DNA of 64,000 bases from Azolla caroliniana (Eukaryota; Plantae; Polypodiophyta), in assembly GCA_043228905.1 (NCBI GenBank), contig JBHGNT010000001.1, positions 26,350,001 to 26,414,000 of the forward strand. The letters run 5' to 3'. Under the pieces are notes generated by a model, which searched no databases, was not told the origin of the DNA, and was given only the letters and a program-made list of their open reading frames with translations. A program made the translations under genes and the position numbers. Positions 60,081 to 64,000 of this stretch are shown piece after piece; within the stretch, counting starts at the first letter, position 1; each line of letters starts with the position of its first letter.

Positions 60081-60500
60081 AGGTTCACGTTGTTTGGTCA
60101 AACTATCTAACAATTTCTCAGATCCAACAATACGACCCACAAGACACAACATTGCAATGGCACCAACAAGGGTTCACCTTGTTATTTCAAATCTAACAAT
60201 TTCTCACATCGAACAATACGACCCACAAGACACAATGTTGCAATGGCACCAACAAAGGTTCACCTTATTATGTCAAATCTAACCATTTCTCACATCCAAC
60301 AATACGACCCACAAGACACAACATTGCAACGGAACCACCAAAGGATCACCTTGTTATGTCAAATCAAACAATTTCTCACATCCAACAATATGACCCACAA
60401 GACACAACATTGCAACGGAACCACCAAAGGTTCACCTTATTATGTTAAATCTAACAATTTCTCACATCCAACAATACGACCCACAAGACACAACATTGCA
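60068..60500. repeat. 5 x 86-bp satellite retaining array motifs (atggaacc, caacattgca)
   Basis: atacgacccacaagacaca recurs near 60130, 60216, 60302, 60388 and 60473. Confidence 0.9.
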
Positions 60501-61100
60501 ACTCCATTTCTCTCTTATTGAACCTGAAACCCTTTACACAACACCATTTCTCTCTAATCTATTGATTCCAACAATACCATTAATCAACTAGTGTCGAATT
60601 TATTTTATTTCATTTAGATCAGTGCCTTGCGCTGAACATGGAGTGCAGGTCAATATATTGTTTGAATATGGAGCATGTCCGCTCTCGATAGCATGCATGA
60701 GAAGAATCAAGCCAAAATGAATTTCATATGAGAAATTTTACGTGGACACAAGCATGTCCTCAAAGCTAACTTTTGCAACACGGTGCACATGCTTAAAAAC
60801 TAAACTTTATGATGCAACCACCAACTTCTATTTGCACATGTGAAATGAGTTTCTTGCATTGACATATCCAATTTGTTTTTTCCCCATGATTCAAGTATGT
60901 TCTTATAGGAAAACACAAAGAAACAGCTTGCAAACTAATAAAGATGAATGTGTTTTCCTATGATGAGCATCACACTTTTGGACTCAGTAAGGGCATGCAA
61001 AGGAAATGGTTTCACATTGTTACTTAACATGCATAGTTTGTTTGATTACGCTATACTATAAATATGTGTAATTGTAGAGTTTATTTATAACATCAGTAAA

Positions 61101-61130
61101 ATATTTATTAGGAAAATTACTTACAACATT
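61101..61130 (+). promoter_or_regulatory. plant tRNA upstream elements (AT-rich -30 region, CAA at -7 to -5)
   Basis: atatttatta at 61101-61110 and caa at 61124-61126, in the positions typical of plant nuclear tRNA genes. Confidence 0.6.
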
Positions 61131-61202
61131 GGTTCCATGGTCTAGTGGTCAGGACATTGGACTCTGAATCCAGTAACCCGAGTTCAAATCTCGGTGGAAC
61201 CT
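61131..61202 (+). tRNA. tRNA-Gln(CTG), intact single-copy-type gene
   Basis: GGTTCCATGGTCTAGTGGTCAGGACATTGGACTCTGAATCCAGTAACCCGAGTTCAAATCTCGGTGGAACCT. Full cloverleaf, A and B boxes, upstream CAA and downstream T runs. Confidence 0.96.
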
Positions 61203-61204
61203 TC

Positions 61205-61217
61205 TTTTATCTTTTTT
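61205..61217 (+). terminator. RNA polymerase III oligo(T) terminator
   Basis: tttt at 61205-61208 and tttttt at 61212-61217, immediately after the tRNA. Confidence 0.85.
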
Positions 61218-61479
61218 CCTCTCCTCCGAAGTTGAGAAAAGAAAAGCGTGAGTTTTATGTTTTTTTTTCTCTCCTTCTTCCATGAATGTTCACACAAATC
61301 CACACGAATAGTCCTTGTCTATTTAAATTTTACACCCATCACTCCATTTGGAAATTGATATAATTGATTACGCCTATCACACCATTGTGTTTGACGAATG
61401 TTGTATGTATGGGTCGGGTCATATAGTCAATAATCGAATAGGTATATTATGCTTTGTACGTTGCGTTTAGCAATCAGCA

Positions 61480-61900
61480 ACAGTTCGGTTTGAGAGTGTC
61501 AAACTCAAATCGTTTAAAAAGATTGAAACTTAAACCGAACTAAACTAAACCATGAAACCATTTAAACCGAATCGTTACAAAAAATTCAAGCTCAAACCAA
61601 ACAATTTTAGAGACTTTCAAACCTTTAAACCGTTAAAACCGTGGTTTCACGGTTCGGTTTTGGTTTTCAAGTTAGGTCAAAATTCAAAATTCCACATTTT
61701 AAATTTTAAAATTGTCAATATGTATTTCAATTTTTAATTTTTCAAAATTAAAAGAATTTTCTTAAAATATCAAAATTAGGCTTAAAACGGTCAAAAAAAT
61801 ATTTAAGAAAATTATCAAATATCAATTCTAAAACCGTCAAACCGTTTAACTCCCAAAACGAACTATTTAAACCATTAACCCGTAGTTTTGTAGTTCAGTC
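61480..61900. mobile_element. possible decayed non-autonomous DNA transposon (MITE/hAT-like)
   Basis: AT-rich segment with many aaaccg/cggttt motifs in both orientations; no clear TIR or TSD. Confidence 0.4.
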
Positions 61901-63734
61901 CGAATCCTTGTCGGTTGCTAATTGCATTCACGAAGGTGTAAAGGTTCGATACAATTATATCGATATGATATATGCTCATGGAACAAACCTTCAATCAATT
62001 GAGGTTTGACAACAAAATTAGGAATGCTTGTGTTATTGGTACACATGTTTACTACGTAGGCAATCGAATGCATATGGGGTCGAGAATAAGTAATGGCCAT
62101 TTTGCTACCCATTGTCTACTTTCAACCCTTCAAAAAGTACGACTCTCTATCAACCCATCAACATTTACAAAGGATACTAGACTCTAGTTCATCATATTCT
62201 TAAACAAGACGTCACATCATAAAGTGTAAACAAGCAAAATCACATCGTCAAGTTGTTGAGATTAACATACTAGAGCACAATGTGAAAGCATTACCTTTTT
62301 GCATTCGATGTGACATGAGTTTTGACTTAACCTAAAATAACTACTTCTAATCCACCAAGTTACTATATTAAAATTGCAAACCTCCCTTTGTAAGGGAACA
62401 GAGTTATAAAATTTGAGAAGCGTTCCGGCGTTCCGATAGGATAACGACCAAATGTTGCGTAGTCTCAACTCTTCTTAGGCTCAAACCTACATTTTTAAGG
62501 GAAGGCTGCACTAATCCAACAAGCAACCAGTGGTTGTGGGCACATACTACAATTTAAGAGAATTAAACAATATTATATATGCAAAGATTATTTAACTTAT
62601 GGAATTTGGTGTCCAAAATGCATTACTTCAAGCATTATGTATCTTCCAATTGAGTCATAAATTTTAAATAATCACTTTGGGAGACCTCATTTACCATTGA
62701 ACCAAGACACCAAGAAACATGTAAAATGGAAGAAAATTTGTGACATAGAAGAGAATTTGCTACAAAACATGTAAAATGGTTAGTCCTAACTCCTAAGAAT
62801 TGGTCCGCATAAATCACTTGGTGAAATGGAAATATTCAATAATGAGTATATGCCAACCCATAAGTAGAGAGATATAACGCAACACATGCACAATTTGACG
62901 ATTATTAACAACCGGCATGCCTACACATTTTATATCAGTGTCTCAAGTTTCAACTATTACTTATAAGCCACTCTATATATCACACGTGGAAGCATTGTTC
63001 CATAAATAACATTGGCTAATGCAAAATTGCATCCACATATATAGCCTTGTAACCTTACGGGTAGGGATAGAAAAAACAACCAAGCATGCATAGATGGTTT
63101 TTGATCGATCAAATTGATTCTCCATGTATTGGTTGAAGATTGAGTGCCCAATGCCTTCAGAATTGACAGCCAAAAGCTAAGTGATATAAGAGGGGATCTA
63201 ACAAATCAACATTTTTATTTTTTTTCTTCTTGAAAAATATCCTTTCATTAGTTATGAACAATTATTACAATAAAAACTGACCTACCATCAAGCTAACAAA
63301 TCAACAATTTGGTCAAATTGTAAACATAAAGGCGGTATCTACAACACCACGACAACCCACAAAACCTATAACATAACACACCATACAATAGCCTATCCCA
63401 AAACCCAAAACCGGGAATCCTTTATTCTTTGAGGCATCATACAAATTGACACAAGTGACACACATACGTCATATGAAAGCCAAATATGTGTACACAGATA
63501 ACCATAATTGTTGAATTGATCGAAACCCATTCCAGACAAAACATCAAACTTATTTATCAAAACCTAGAGGAGAGAGAAGGGGGAAGAAGAGGGAGAGGGC
63601 TAAGCTTGGACCCACTCACTCACTCGATCGATCAGATGATGGTTACATAGCCCACCATGCAAACATCCTCATCGCCATTCATACACACATATGTGTACAT
63701 GCATACATATAGGCACACACACACACAATTGCAA

Positions 63735-63765
<31 letters not shown>

Positions 63766-63909
63766 TACAATCGCAAACATGCTCGTGACTAACTACTACC
63801 AAAAATTAAAGAGGGCAAGTGAGGGAATCGCGGGCACGGATGGTGCAGGTCGCTCAGCTGATGGCGCGTGCGATCTCCACCGTCCAATCTGGATAAAAAG
63901 CTGACAACA

Positions 63910-64000
63910 TCTGTCACCAGGAGCCCGACTCTGTCATAAGGAGCCCCGCTGTCTGACAGCCTCTGTCACCAGGAACCCGACTCTGTCAAAAGGAGCCTCG
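63910..64000. repeat. start of a tandem repeat with a period of about 52 bp (runs off the window)
   Basis: tctgtcaccagga(g/a)cccgactctgtca at 63910 and 63962. Confidence 0.8.

Noticed and set aside
61918-63200. Possible minus-strand host exons (GT/AG-bounded pieces near 62295-62490)
   Set aside because: I could not assemble a consistent spliced ORF or recognise a domain; RNA-seq or homology search is needed.
63895-64000. TGACAG-containing repeats resembling miR156
   Set aside because: Only the first 7 nt match, and no miRNA-like foldback is visible.

Overview
Eukaryotic plant-type nuclear DNA, probably from a non-seed land plant (inference from the retroelement lineages). About 85% of the window is LTR retrotransposon sequence. 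The underlying host locus is a tandem array of minus-strand tRNA-Gln copies (21195-24897 and 58177-60080) that decays into tRNA-derived satellites. About 1 kb further on sits an intact, oppositely oriented tRNA-Gln(CTG) gene (61131-61202). Two stacks of nested retrotransposons, each about five levels deep, have inserted into the array. The left stack runs off the window: Copia-4 > Copia-3 > Gypsy-B > chromovirus-A > Copia-1, with Copia-2 also inside Gypsy-B. The right stack is complete at 33.3 kb: Copia-5 > chromovirus-C > Copia-6 > Gypsy-7 > Gypsy-8, plus Gypsy-9 and a solo LTR inside Copia-6. Notable signals are: (1) the tRNA-Gln satellite with CTG/TTG/CTA anticodon variants; (2) a tRNA-Trp-primed gypsy lineage making 4-bp CpG-centred target duplications, with gag-only non-autonomous partners and a covarying pre-PPT hairpin; (3) two slippery-site plus pseudoknot -1 frameshift signals; (4) a self-priming chromovirus whose LTR carries an antisense tRNA-like A-box/B-box module; (5) a PPT/U3 hairpin conserved in three copia elements. 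No host protein-coding gene could be supported. All coordinates were read by eye and may be off by a few bases.
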